DNA of 64,000 nt from Trypanosoma brucei (Eukaryota), in NCBI GenBank assembly GCA_000002445.1, contig CP000069.1, forward strand, positions 384,001-448,000. Direction: 5' to 3'. Numbering within the stretch: the stretch's first letter is position 1; each line of letters starts with the position of its first letter. The notes below the pieces were generated by a model. It saw only the letters and a list, made by a program, of their open reading frames with translations, made no database searches and was not told where the DNA came from. A program made the translations under genes and the position numbers. This document shows, one piece after another, positions 9,404-18,053 of the stretch.

Positions 9404-12370
9404 TCATGAGGTATGGGGGAAGTATGAGACAAACTCCCCCTTTGCGGTTAAACAAACGTCGTTGTAGAGGTCGATCAAACGTGGCATGTCCTTAGATAAT
9501 TCAAGGCAGCTATCACCTATACAATGAACATCGTCACCACTCCTTTGTTTCGGGCTTTTGGAGCACTGTAGAAGTCCCAGGTCTAAGAGCTGTCGGATGC
9601 CCTGTGCTATCGCCTTCGGTTTAGGTGCATCTGGTAGTAATAACAACAGCGAACTTGCCTGGTGAGGAAACAAGTACTTGACCCGAAGCAGCAATGAAGC
9701 TACATTGGCTGCGGCACTCTCAGGAATTGTGTGTGCAGGCGCCGCCGGAACCAAGCCGCTCAAACTCCTCTGGTTGCTGGTCAGAAAGAAAGCTTTCCCG
9801 CTTTCATTGTCTTCCCCCCTATTATCCTTTACTTTCCCATCATCACCCTTTTCGTCTGAAGTGACTAGCTCTTCCTGTCCACAATTGCCGTAGTGGGTCC
9901 CCACAACCTCCTTTTGGAGTGTGAACATACGCCTCGGAGCCAAACGAATAACAAAACTATCGCAGGTCCTTCCAGCCCTCCCCGCACGCTGCCGTGAGCT
10001 GCTAACGCTGACGACAGCCGTGCTGCGGAGCGTGACACCTGTTAATGGATCAGAAAAGAATCGCCGCTCGAGGCAAGAGTCTACAACACAACGCACGTTA
10101 GGAATGGTGACGGAGCTCTCAGCAACGTTCGTTGACAAAATAATTCGATAAGGGAACGGAGAGGTAGTTTCACGTAGTTGTCGTTGTGGACTTCCAACTG
10201 CCGTGGCGTGCAGGAGGGCAACAGAAAATGAACATCCTTCGTACTCCAAAAATGTGACATTTCCGCTACCCGCGTTGTCGTAAGCATAGTTCATCGTGCT
10301 ATCAACACTAATTTTGGTGGTGGTACCCGCAGGTTCTGCATGTCGCTGGGTATCATTAGTCCCTTCGTCGTTTACAAGCGTTTTTCTGCACAGAACTTCA
10401 AGAGATTGCAACACAAGGGACATTTCAGCAAACCCGGGAAGAAACACCAATATGCTCTCCGGTTGCTCGTTGTTTTGATCTTGAGTAATCCCCCCTTTCT
10501 CTTGCACGGCACCACTCCCCTCAGTCGTGTGGGGCTTTGACCTACAGCTGGCTAGGTTCGCGATGCTTTGTAGCGTGAAGAGTACAAATTGTGCCAGTGC
10601 ACGTGCCTGAGGAGAATGTATCTCGGGGCTAAAACGTATATATGAAAAGAAGTGCACCAACGAAGCCATCACTCGGCGTGCGGGCGGTAGCAACAGGGGA
10701 CACAACCTTCCATTTAGCGAGGATACTACTTTACTTCCGTTATCCGCACTCTTCTCATCAGCACCCAACAGCTGCGACGACTCCAGGGCGCTGGGAAGGT
10801 CGTCGATGAAATACTCCTCAAGACGATAGGGACCACTTCCCGCTAAGCCGCTGCGCACTGCAACGTCCGAAACCTCATCCGGTAGCTGGGCTGCCTCATT
10901 GCCTAGAGAGAGAACATACGGTTTGCAGAAAGCGGAAAGATTCCTCGTTGCTTCAGACGGTGGTGCGCTAAACTGCGCACCTATGAGATAAGATACCATT
11001 TGCTCTGCCGAAAGCGTGGCAGACATCAAAATCAGATGGCGCATGCCCCAAGATTGTTCCCTGTCTTCACCATGCTCTCGTTGGTAAGCCCTAAGCAACT
11101 GTTGTTTTGCCCACGCAAGAAGCAAATCCGTTTCCATATCACGACAGTGTGCCTCATCGATGATCAGTGTCGTGTGAGACAGTAAACTGTGGTCGTGCTG
11201 CAAAGCGTTGAGTATGTAGCCGGGCGTAGCGTATATGATTTCACTTGCAGCTGAGAAACAGCTGTCGCCGCCGACTGCGTAGCCCACGCGGTCGCCAACG
11301 TTGGATGCCGCCGGTGTTGACGAAGACGACGCCAAAATTGCTGCTGTAAACTTTGCCAGCTCCACGCACGCAAGACGCGTGGGTTGTGACACTATAATAC
11401 AAAGCCTACTGCTCGCACCAAACACTGTAGCGTACTCCCGCGTGCTGACATTAACAGGGAACGGAGAAGGCGGCAGAAACGTCTCAACTGACCTCATTAC
11501 ACCTTCTTTAGAATCGATGACACTACTACTGGCGGCAGAGGACACAATTTTCGCTTTGTGAGAGATGTCAATTCGTTGTAACATGCGCTGCCAGTGGCTG
11601 TCCAGAAGAAACAGTGGAACCAAGCTGCTTTTCCCCGAGCCAGTCGGCGCGTTGCACACAAACACGTCCGTTACTGGCTGCGGAAAATCAGTTAAAATTG
11701 CGGCGGGTTCGTTTCCTCCGTTATTCTTTAACCGTTTAGCGCTTGCAGGAGGAAGGGGGACTGCTGAGTTTGCGAGAAACAAATTGGTCCATTCGGATCG
11801 CTTCTGCCATACGCCCAGGCGCTGAAGTGACGGATAACTCTGCGCCACGCACTGCCAATCCATTTGTTTGCGGAGTACATTCTCTCGCAATTTACTAATA
11901 AGCGATGATGAAACAACAGGCTTTCCCTGTGCAACAAAGGCTCGGGGTTTTGGAACCACCCTCCCACGAGCCTCGAGCGGGGTATTCGATTTTGCAGTCG
12001 ATGTGAAAATTTCCGCAAGCATAGTACCAACAGGCTTTGGAGACACGCCAACGGTGGGCCCCGCTTTTGGCTTCTTCCGCTTAGAAATTGTCTCAAGCAG
12101 TTTACTCATGCCGTGAGCGCCGTTCTTGCTAGAAATAGTGCGTTCGTTAACGTCACATCTTCCTTCAAGGTCTGTGGTGGGTTCGGTGCAATTCGGTGAA
12201 TTAACAACTGGGTTCTCGACCGGTTCTGTCGCTTCTGTCAGATTGTCAACACGCGTGAAGTTGTCACCTGAGCCTATTTTAGTTGAATACGGTCTATTTA
12301 TCTGATATAGAACGATACGCCGCAACAGCGTACGGTGATCTTCGCGTAGCACCAACACAAAGCGATGCAT
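9404..12370 (-). CDS. DEAH-box ATP-dependent RNA helicase
   Basis: The ATG start is verified (CAT at 12368-12370). The helicase motifs are I APTGSGKS, II IIDEAHCRD (DEAH), III SATL, V-like STNVAESSVTIPNV and VI QRAGRAGR. Confidence 0.8.
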   Translation of the reverse strand: MHRFVLVLREDHRTLLRRIVLYQINRPYSTKIGSGDNFTRVDNLTEATEPVENPVVNSPNCTEPTTDLEGRCDVNERTISSKNGAHGMSKLLETISKRKKPKAGPTVGVSPKPVGTMLAEIFTSTAKSNTPLEARGRVVPKPRAFVAQGKPVVSSSLISKLRENVLRKQMDWQCVAQSYPSLQRLGVWQKRSEWTNLFLANSAVPLPPASAKRLKNNGGNEPAAILTDFPQPVTDVFVCNAPTGSGKSSLVPLFLLDSHWQRMLQRIDISHKAKIVSSAASSSVIDSKEGVMRSVETFLPPSPFPVNVSTREYATVFGASSRLCIIVSQPTRLACVELAKFTAAILASSSSTPAASNVGDRVGYAVGGDSCFSAASEIIYATPGYILNALQHDHSLLSHTTLIIDEAHCRDMETDLLLAWAKQQLLRAYQREHGEDREQSWGMRHLILMSATLSAEQMVSYLIGAQFSAPPSEATRNLSAFCKPYVLSLGNEAAQLPDEVSDVAVRSGLAGSGPYRLEEYFIDDLPSALESSQLLGADEKSADNGSKVVSSLNGRLCPLLLPPARRVMASLVHFFSYIRFSPEIHSPQARALAQFVLFTLQSIANLASCRSKPHTTEGSGAVQEKGGITQDQNNEQPESILVFLPGFAEMSLVLQSLEVLCRKTLVNDEGTNDTQRHAEPAGTTTKISVDSTMNYAYDNAGSGNVTFLEYEGCSFSVALLHATAVGSPQRQLRETTSPFPYRIILSTNVAESSVTIPNVRCVVDSCLERRFFSDPLTGVTLRSTAVVSVSSSRQRAGRAGRTCDSFVIRLAPRRMFTLQKEVVGTHYGNCGQEELVTSDEKGDDGKVKDNRGEDNESGKAFFLTSNQRSLSGLVPAAPAHTIPESAAANVASLLLRVKYLFPHQASSLLLLLPDAPKPKAIAQGIRQLLDLGLLQCSKSPKQRSGDDVHCIGDSCLELSKDMPRLIDLYNDVCLTAKGEFVSYFPHTS

Positions 12371-12547
12371 GATGACAGTAATTGGTCACTTTGTTGGCAA
12401 GGAGGGGGGCGTTCAATTGAAACAGTATCAGAGCAGAGAAGGATTCAGAGAATCAATCAACGGAGCCGGGGTATGAACATTATGTCCAATAGCGGTGGCA
12501 GACAGGAAGAGCAGCATTAAAAAACAGAAGATATAAGGCCGAATTTT

Positions 12548-12610
12548 TACAAAAAAAGAGGGAACCATTAAAAACGAAAAGAAGTTAATTAAAAGAGAAC
12601 TTGTGTGCAA
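12548..12610 (-). promoter_or_regulatory. polypyrimidine tract upstream of the DEAH helicase gene
   Basis: A + strand purine-rich stretch (aaaaaaagagggaaccattaaaaacgaaaagaagttaattaaaagagaac) lies about 180-240 nt upstream of the ATG at 12370. Confidence 0.5.
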
Positions 12611-12909
12611 ACTGCCCACAAAATCAGACGACAGTTACCGGCAAAAAAAAGAAAGAATCGTAAAACGACACTTACATAAAAAGTAAATTCTGGAGAAGGA
12701 ACCAATTCGACGGGAAAAATCACGCACACTACCAAACAGCCTCTACAAATTACCAACGTTCATGAAAACTGCGCGAGTGACAGCAAACGAGTTGGCCACC
12801 GCTGAGTACCTTACACTAACAACAAATATATTTTTAAAAAAAGTATAGTCTCAGACAGATATTATGGCAAAGCGAACCAAAGGGCAGAAACTCGGCGGTT
12901 TCTTTTATT

Positions 12910-14283
12910 CATTGCAACATCATGAAGCGGCGCTAAGTGATGTGTGTTTGGGTCACTATCGCACGACTCAGCTGCCGGCCGCACTCATCAAGAGAGAGAG
13001 AGAGGTACGCATGTATGTATATATATATATATTACAAAGTGAGTGTGCAGCCAAAGGGACATTGCGTGTGTGAGCGTGTGCCCGGGACGGGTGGCGAAAA
13101 TACAGGTCAAAAGGGAGCACTTCACGACAGTGATAACACAAGCACGTATCCGAACAACTTTCACAAACCCCATCCATATTCAGAATAAGGAAAAAACATG
13201 GAAGTACAAACAATTTGGATATGAAAACGCTTTTCTTTGGCATTATTGGGGCAGGGTGTGTATGCAGAGCCCACTGTTTCTAATGGGATTCGAACCCTTC
13301 TGCAGCTCCCAGGCACAGGACTATTGGATAGATCTGTCAACAGAAAACATTTCCGTTAGTGAGAAGGTCTGATCAAGGTCTATAGCTTTTGAAGCACTGA
13401 GCTGTGGCACTTGTTTGAACCTTTTCCTCTTCAACATGTCGCGAGTTTCGATTAGAAGTTTACCATACGACAACGACTGGTTGTTCATAAGCATGCACGT
13501 GATACACTGCGTGGCCGCACCACCAGCGCCTGTAGAACCCGTACCAAATGTGGCAGTGTTCTTAACATCAGCAGATGTTTGCTCATCAGCACAACCAGAA
13601 ATCATCATCACATCCCCCAGAACATCATTTCCCTCACGAATTCGCTTCATGTGTGGCGTACCCGATGCTTGCTCACCTCCACTGCAGACATAGGTAAAAG
13701 GAAGATCCATAATGGAGCCTGAGTGGCAACAATCGAACACAGCTGTGAGTCGTACCTTTTCAGGAAGCCTAGAGAAGAGAAGTTTGTGTATATCATCATC
13801 AACAATGCATCCACTTTTCTGGAAGTCCACAGGGGCAATGCATTGATCGTACTTCTCGTCACTGTCGCCTCTGGATTTGCATTGTGTACCATGACCAGAG
13901 TAATGGAAGAAAAGGACATCACCTGGTTTTGCATCCTTCACGAGCCACGCCATGTAACGTACGATATTGTCGCGGGTTGGCTGGTCGGTCCTCCCGGGGA
14001 AATTGTCCTCGTCGACGAGTATGACGGCTTCGTTGATTGGGAGCCCCTTTTTCTGCAGTGTGGCGAGCATTTGCTTGACATCATTGCAGCAACCGGAGAG
14101 CGCTGCAGAAGTTCCATAGTAATTAATTCCAATAAATAAAGCTCGAACTGTTTGGCCAGGAAGAGGTGTCGCGACCCATGGTTGTTCGCCGTGAGCATCC
14201 CCCGCATTTGCAACAGCGGCATCTACGTCCACCTTGGGGGGAGGTGGTTGAAGTCCCAGAGCTTGTACAAGGTACGGCTGGGC
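12910..14283 (-). repeat. segmental duplication block A (MCA3 body plus 3' flank)
   Basis: It is near-identical to 15759..17136, apart from an AT-dinucleotide indel near 13016 and a divergent patch at 14182..14217. Homology ends abruptly at about 14284, inside the N-terminal coding region. Confidence 0.9.
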
Positions 14284-14394
14284 TGTCTGCCACAGTTCCA
14301 TACCAATTTTCACAAAATCATTGGTGCCCTTTGCACTACTTGCTTTTGATATTGTAGAGCAGAGACTCAAAAGACACCTTGGGTCCACGGCCAT
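13321..14394 (-). CDS. MCA3: metacaspase (clan CD, family C14), 357 aa; matches MCA3
   Basis: The His/Cys catalytic dyad contexts HYSGHGTQ and DCCHSGS are present, and the ATG at 14392-14394 is verified. The 357-aa length and the N-terminus differing from its 347-aa neighbour match the T. brucei MCA2/MCA3 pair as I recall it. Confidence 0.85.
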   Translation of the reverse strand: MAVDPRCLLSLCSTISKASSAKGTNDFVKIGMELWQTAQPYLVQALGLQPPPPKVDVDAAVANAGDAHGEQPWVATPLPGQTVRALFIGINYYGTSAALSGCCNDVKQMLATLQKKGLPINEAVILVDEDNFPGRTDQPTRDNIVRYMAWLVKDAKPGDVLFFHYSGHGTQCKSRGDSDEKYDQCIAPVDFQKSGCIVDDDIHKLLFSRLPEKVRLTAVFDCCHSGSIMDLPFTYVCSGGEQASGTPHMKRIREGNDVLGDVMMISGCADEQTSADVKNTATFGTGSTGAGGAATQCITCMLMNNQSLSYGKLLIETRDMLKRKRFKQVPQLSASKAIDLDQTFSLTEMFSVDRSIQ

Positions 14395-14430
14395 CTATAT
14401 GTACCTTTTCCTTGTAAATGTTAATGTTGT

Positions 14431-14713
14431 AGCAAGAGCTTCTACCACTGTATTATTTTACTGCAGTGTTTAGTACTGAGGGTCTGAAGGGAAGTCATGG
14501 GGGAACAGAGTGCCGAACAAGATACCTTGGAATAAGCAGAAAACAACTGCAACCGATGATAACATAGCATTTGGTTTACTCACATTACCTTCCCCCGCCC
14601 CGTCATATGCGCCCTTCTGTGGGCTGCATGAAGAAAGGGAATGGGGAATGAATCAATAGTGTGTTGAAAATACCACAATTCCTCGAAACATCCTGTTGCC
14701 ATCACTCTGCAAA
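14431..14713. repeat. duplicated 283-bp upstream block (copy 1, upstream of MCA3)
   Basis: It is near-identical to 17281..17564. It lies 37 bp upstream of the MCA3 ATG and 64 bp upstream of the MCA2 ATG. Confidence 0.85.
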
Positions 14714-15758
14714 TTCTGGTCTTGCACGTGATGGTGTTGTTCAGTGAAGGCCTTGTTTGAGTGAGGTAAGAAACTAGCTACCACATTCCTTTTCAAAAGA
14801 AAAAAAAGAGGGGAAATAATCAGGAAAGCGAAAGCTAAACGTTCTTCTCCCCCGCATTAAACACAGCATAAGAAAATCATGTATGCCCACCGCAGCAGGG
14901 ATCCGGTGCACACACGAAAAAAGCGATGCAAAGACACTTCATCGGTTTCTCTTTCCCACCCTTTGTGGCAAAACAAGCAGCCTCTATTTTCCCTCCACCA
15001 AGCTTTTGTGTGGAATCGTTGCCATACCATAAAGGAGATGTCTAACGTCCCGTCTTCTCCACCCCTTTGATTTCAGGCTTGTTTTCCTCTTCCCTTCTCA
15101 AATCTGCAACAGTAAACAACACACTCCAACATTCCTTAACGACACTCCATCAGTTATGATGGCATCGAGTAACGATTGGTAGGAATATATTGTCGCTCAT
15201 TGGAGGAAGAAGAGGGGGAGGAGTAAGAAACAGAGGGATGGGTGGGTGGGTTTGCTCCGTACTGTTATCCAAAATTGTAGAATAATTAAAATGACAAAGG
15301 TAAAACACACATAAAAAGTAAATTGTGTTGACGAGGTGACAACCCCTCACCGAAACAACAACAAAAAGGGGCGCCCATACCAAGTCACAGGGAATTACAC
15401 CCCGCCAGAGTTATTCAAAAGTTAAAGTGGGCAAACAAGAAAACGCACTCCAGAGCGAGTGCAAAAGTGGATAGTTGCCACACAAACACACAAAAGGAGC
15501 TACTAAGAGGCGAAAAAAAAAATGACAGAGCATTTTATAAGATAACAGTCTCAACACGAATAAAAAAATTTCAACTAAGCGACACCTGTTTCATGAAAGA
15601 AGGCGCCGCCAAGCATATTACACAGGATAAAGATCCGTAGGAAGCAGGAAGGGGTGAGGAACATCAGTCAGCCTCCCCACCAAAAAAAACAACAACAACA
15701 TCATCAGACATTTAAACAAAGACCCAGATAACACCCTCACAACAGCCACTTGTGCTTA

Positions 15759-17136
15759 TTGCAACATCATGAAGCGGCGCTAAGTGATGTGTGTTTGGGT
15801 CACTATCGCACGACTCAGCTGCCGGCCGCACTCATCAAGAGAGAGAGAGAGGTACGCATGTATGTATATATATGTATATATATTACAAAGTGAGAGTGTG
15901 CAGCCAAAGGGACATTGCGTGTGTGAGCGTGTGCCCGGGACGGGTGGCGAAAATACAGGTCAAAAGGGAGCACTTCACGACAGTGATAACACAAGCACGT
16001 ATCCGAACAACTTTCACAAACCCCATCCATATTCAGAATAAGGAAAAAACATGGAAGTACAAACAATTTGGATATGAAAACGCTTTTCTTTGGCATTATT
16101 GGGGCAGGGTGTGTATGCAGAGCCCACTGTTTCTAATGGGATTCGAACCCTTCTGCAGCTCCCAGGCACAGGACTATTGGATAGATCTGTCAACAGAAAA
16201 CATTTCCGTTAGTGAGAAGGTCTGATCAAGGTCTATAGCTTTTGAAGCACTGAGCTGTGGCACTTGTTTGAATCCTTTCCTCTTCAACATGTCGCGAGTT
16301 TCGATTAGAAGTTTACCATACGACAACGACTGGTTGTTCATAAGCATGCACGTGATACACTGCGTGGCCGCACCACCAGCGCCTGTAGAACCCGTACCAA
16401 ATGTGGCAGTGTTCTTAACATCAGCAGATGTTTGCTCATCAGCACAACCAGAAATCATCATCACATCCCCCAGAACATCATTTCCCTCACGAATTCGCTT
16501 CATGTGTGGCGTACCCGATGCTTGCTCACCTCCACTGCAGACATAGGTAAAAGGAAGATCCATAATGGAACCTGAGTGGCAACAATCGAACACAGCTGTG
16601 AGTCGTACCTTTTCAGGAAGCCTAGAGAAGAGAAGTTTGTGTATATCATCATCAACAATGCATCCACTTTTCTGGAAGTCCACAGGGGCAATGCATTGAT
16701 CGTACTTCTCGTCACTGTCGCCTCTGGATTTGCATTGTGTACCATGACCAGAGTAATGGAAGAAAAGGACATCACCTGGTTTTGCATCCTTCACGAGCCA
16801 CGCCATGTAACGTACGATATTGTCGCGGGTTGGCTGGTCGGTCCTCCCGGGGAAATTGTCCTCGTCGACGAGTATGACGGCTTCGTTGATTGGGAGCCCC
16901 TTTTTCTGCAGTGTGGCGAGCATTTGCTTGACATCATTGCAGCAACCGGAGAGCGCTGCGGAAGTTCCATAGTAATTAATTCCAATAAATAAAGCTCGAA
17001 CTGTTTGGCCAGGAAGAGGTGTCGCGACCCATGGCTGGTGGCCATGAAGGCCTTTTGCGTCTCTGAAAGCGGCATCTACGTCAACCCTCCGGGGAGGTGG
17101 TTGAAGTCCCAGAGCTTGTACAAGGTACGGCTGGGA
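15759..17136 (-). repeat. segmental duplication block B (MCA2 body plus 3' flank)
   Basis: Partner of 12910..14283. Confidence 0.9.
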
Positions 17137-17217
17137 GCTCACTGCGTTTAACCAGCCGAGCCCCACATAATCAGCTAACTGGCCCGCATCACAGAGTTGT
17201 GTAATTAAGGAGCACAT
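16174..17217 (-). CDS. MCA2: metacaspase (clan CD, family C14), 347 aa; matches MCA2
   Basis: From residue 29 onward it is identical to the 13321..14394 protein except for a small divergent patch and a single R to G change (MLKRKGFKQV). The catalytic His and Cys are intact, and the ATG at 17215-17217 is verified. Confidence 0.85.
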   Translation of the reverse strand: MCSLITQLCDAGQLADYVGLGWLNAVSSQPYLVQALGLQPPPRRVDVDAAFRDAKGLHGHQPWVATPLPGQTVRALFIGINYYGTSAALSGCCNDVKQMLATLQKKGLPINEAVILVDEDNFPGRTDQPTRDNIVRYMAWLVKDAKPGDVLFFHYSGHGTQCKSRGDSDEKYDQCIAPVDFQKSGCIVDDDIHKLLFSRLPEKVRLTAVFDCCHSGSIMDLPFTYVCSGGEQASGTPHMKRIREGNDVLGDVMMISGCADEQTSADVKNTATFGTGSTGAGGAATQCITCMLMNNQSLSYGKLLIETRDMLKRKGFKQVPQLSASKAIDLDQTFSLTEMFSVDRSIQ

Positions 17218-17280
17218 ATTATTTTTCTACTGTCTGCGGATGTGCGTGGAAAATTATGCCTCAAGTGTATGTTAGTATCG

Positions 17281-17564
17281 TAGCAAAAGCTTCTACCACT
17301 GTATTATTTTACTGCAGTGTTTAGTACTGAGGGTCTGAAGGGAAGTCATGGGGGAACAGAGTGCCGAACAAGATACCTTGGAATAAGCAGAAAACAACTG
17401 CAACCGATGATAACATAGCATTTGGTTTACTCACATTACCTTCCCCCGCCCCGTCATATGCGCCCTTCTGTGGGCTGCATGAAGAAAGGGAATGGGGAAT
17501 GAATCAATAGTGTGTTGAAAATACCACAATTCCTCGAAACATCCTGTTGCCATCACTCTGCAAA
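17281..17564. repeat. duplicated 284-bp upstream block (copy 2, upstream of MCA2)
   Basis: Partner of 14431..14713. Confidence 0.85.
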
Positions 17565-18053
17565 CATACAGCCGGGGCGTTTTTACCCACTCATCCGCAT
17601 ATGTATTCGTTTTTCTCCTGCAATTAACCTGAATTTGTTTCGTTCTACTTATTAGTGGTTCCTAAGTACCTTTTTATTCTTGTCTGCCGCCCGGGACGCA
17701 TTTCCCCCTCTTGAATAACCTACCGACACCACCGTCACATTATCATTTCCCACCATACTTTTCGATTTCCGTTCTAGTTTCTTTCCTGCCAATATATTTT
17801 CGTTAGTATTTAGAAGCCTTAACAAAGAACGCCATTGTAAAAGGATGCTGCGGGGAAAGACAACAAAAGACACCGCGTTCCTGTAGGTGTGTGACCGGTG
17901 GCACGAAATTCATGTAGGACGAGTTTCGGATAATTCCATAAAGGGAAAAGAAAACAAAGTAATTGTGCTCCTGTTTCGTCACCCCTTGCCCTCGCGTTTG
18001 TTGCTTCCCCCTTCTGTTTCGGTCCATTAGGCTCCTTGCGCTATCCTTTGCAG

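Noticed and set aside
9404-9432. Apparent 29-nt overlap between the helicase CDS and the downstream 1148-aa ORF.
   Set aside because: The downstream ORF's first codon is TTG. Its first ATG is at 9393, which removes the overlap.
13255-13325. Possible tRNA gene, suggested by a GGGTTCGAATCCC T-arm motif on the minus strand (also at about 16139).
   Set aside because: The surrounding sequence does not fold into a canonical cloverleaf. The acceptor stem needs a bulge, and there is no D-loop GG and no U33/R37 anticodon-loop context. I keep it only as a low-interest note.
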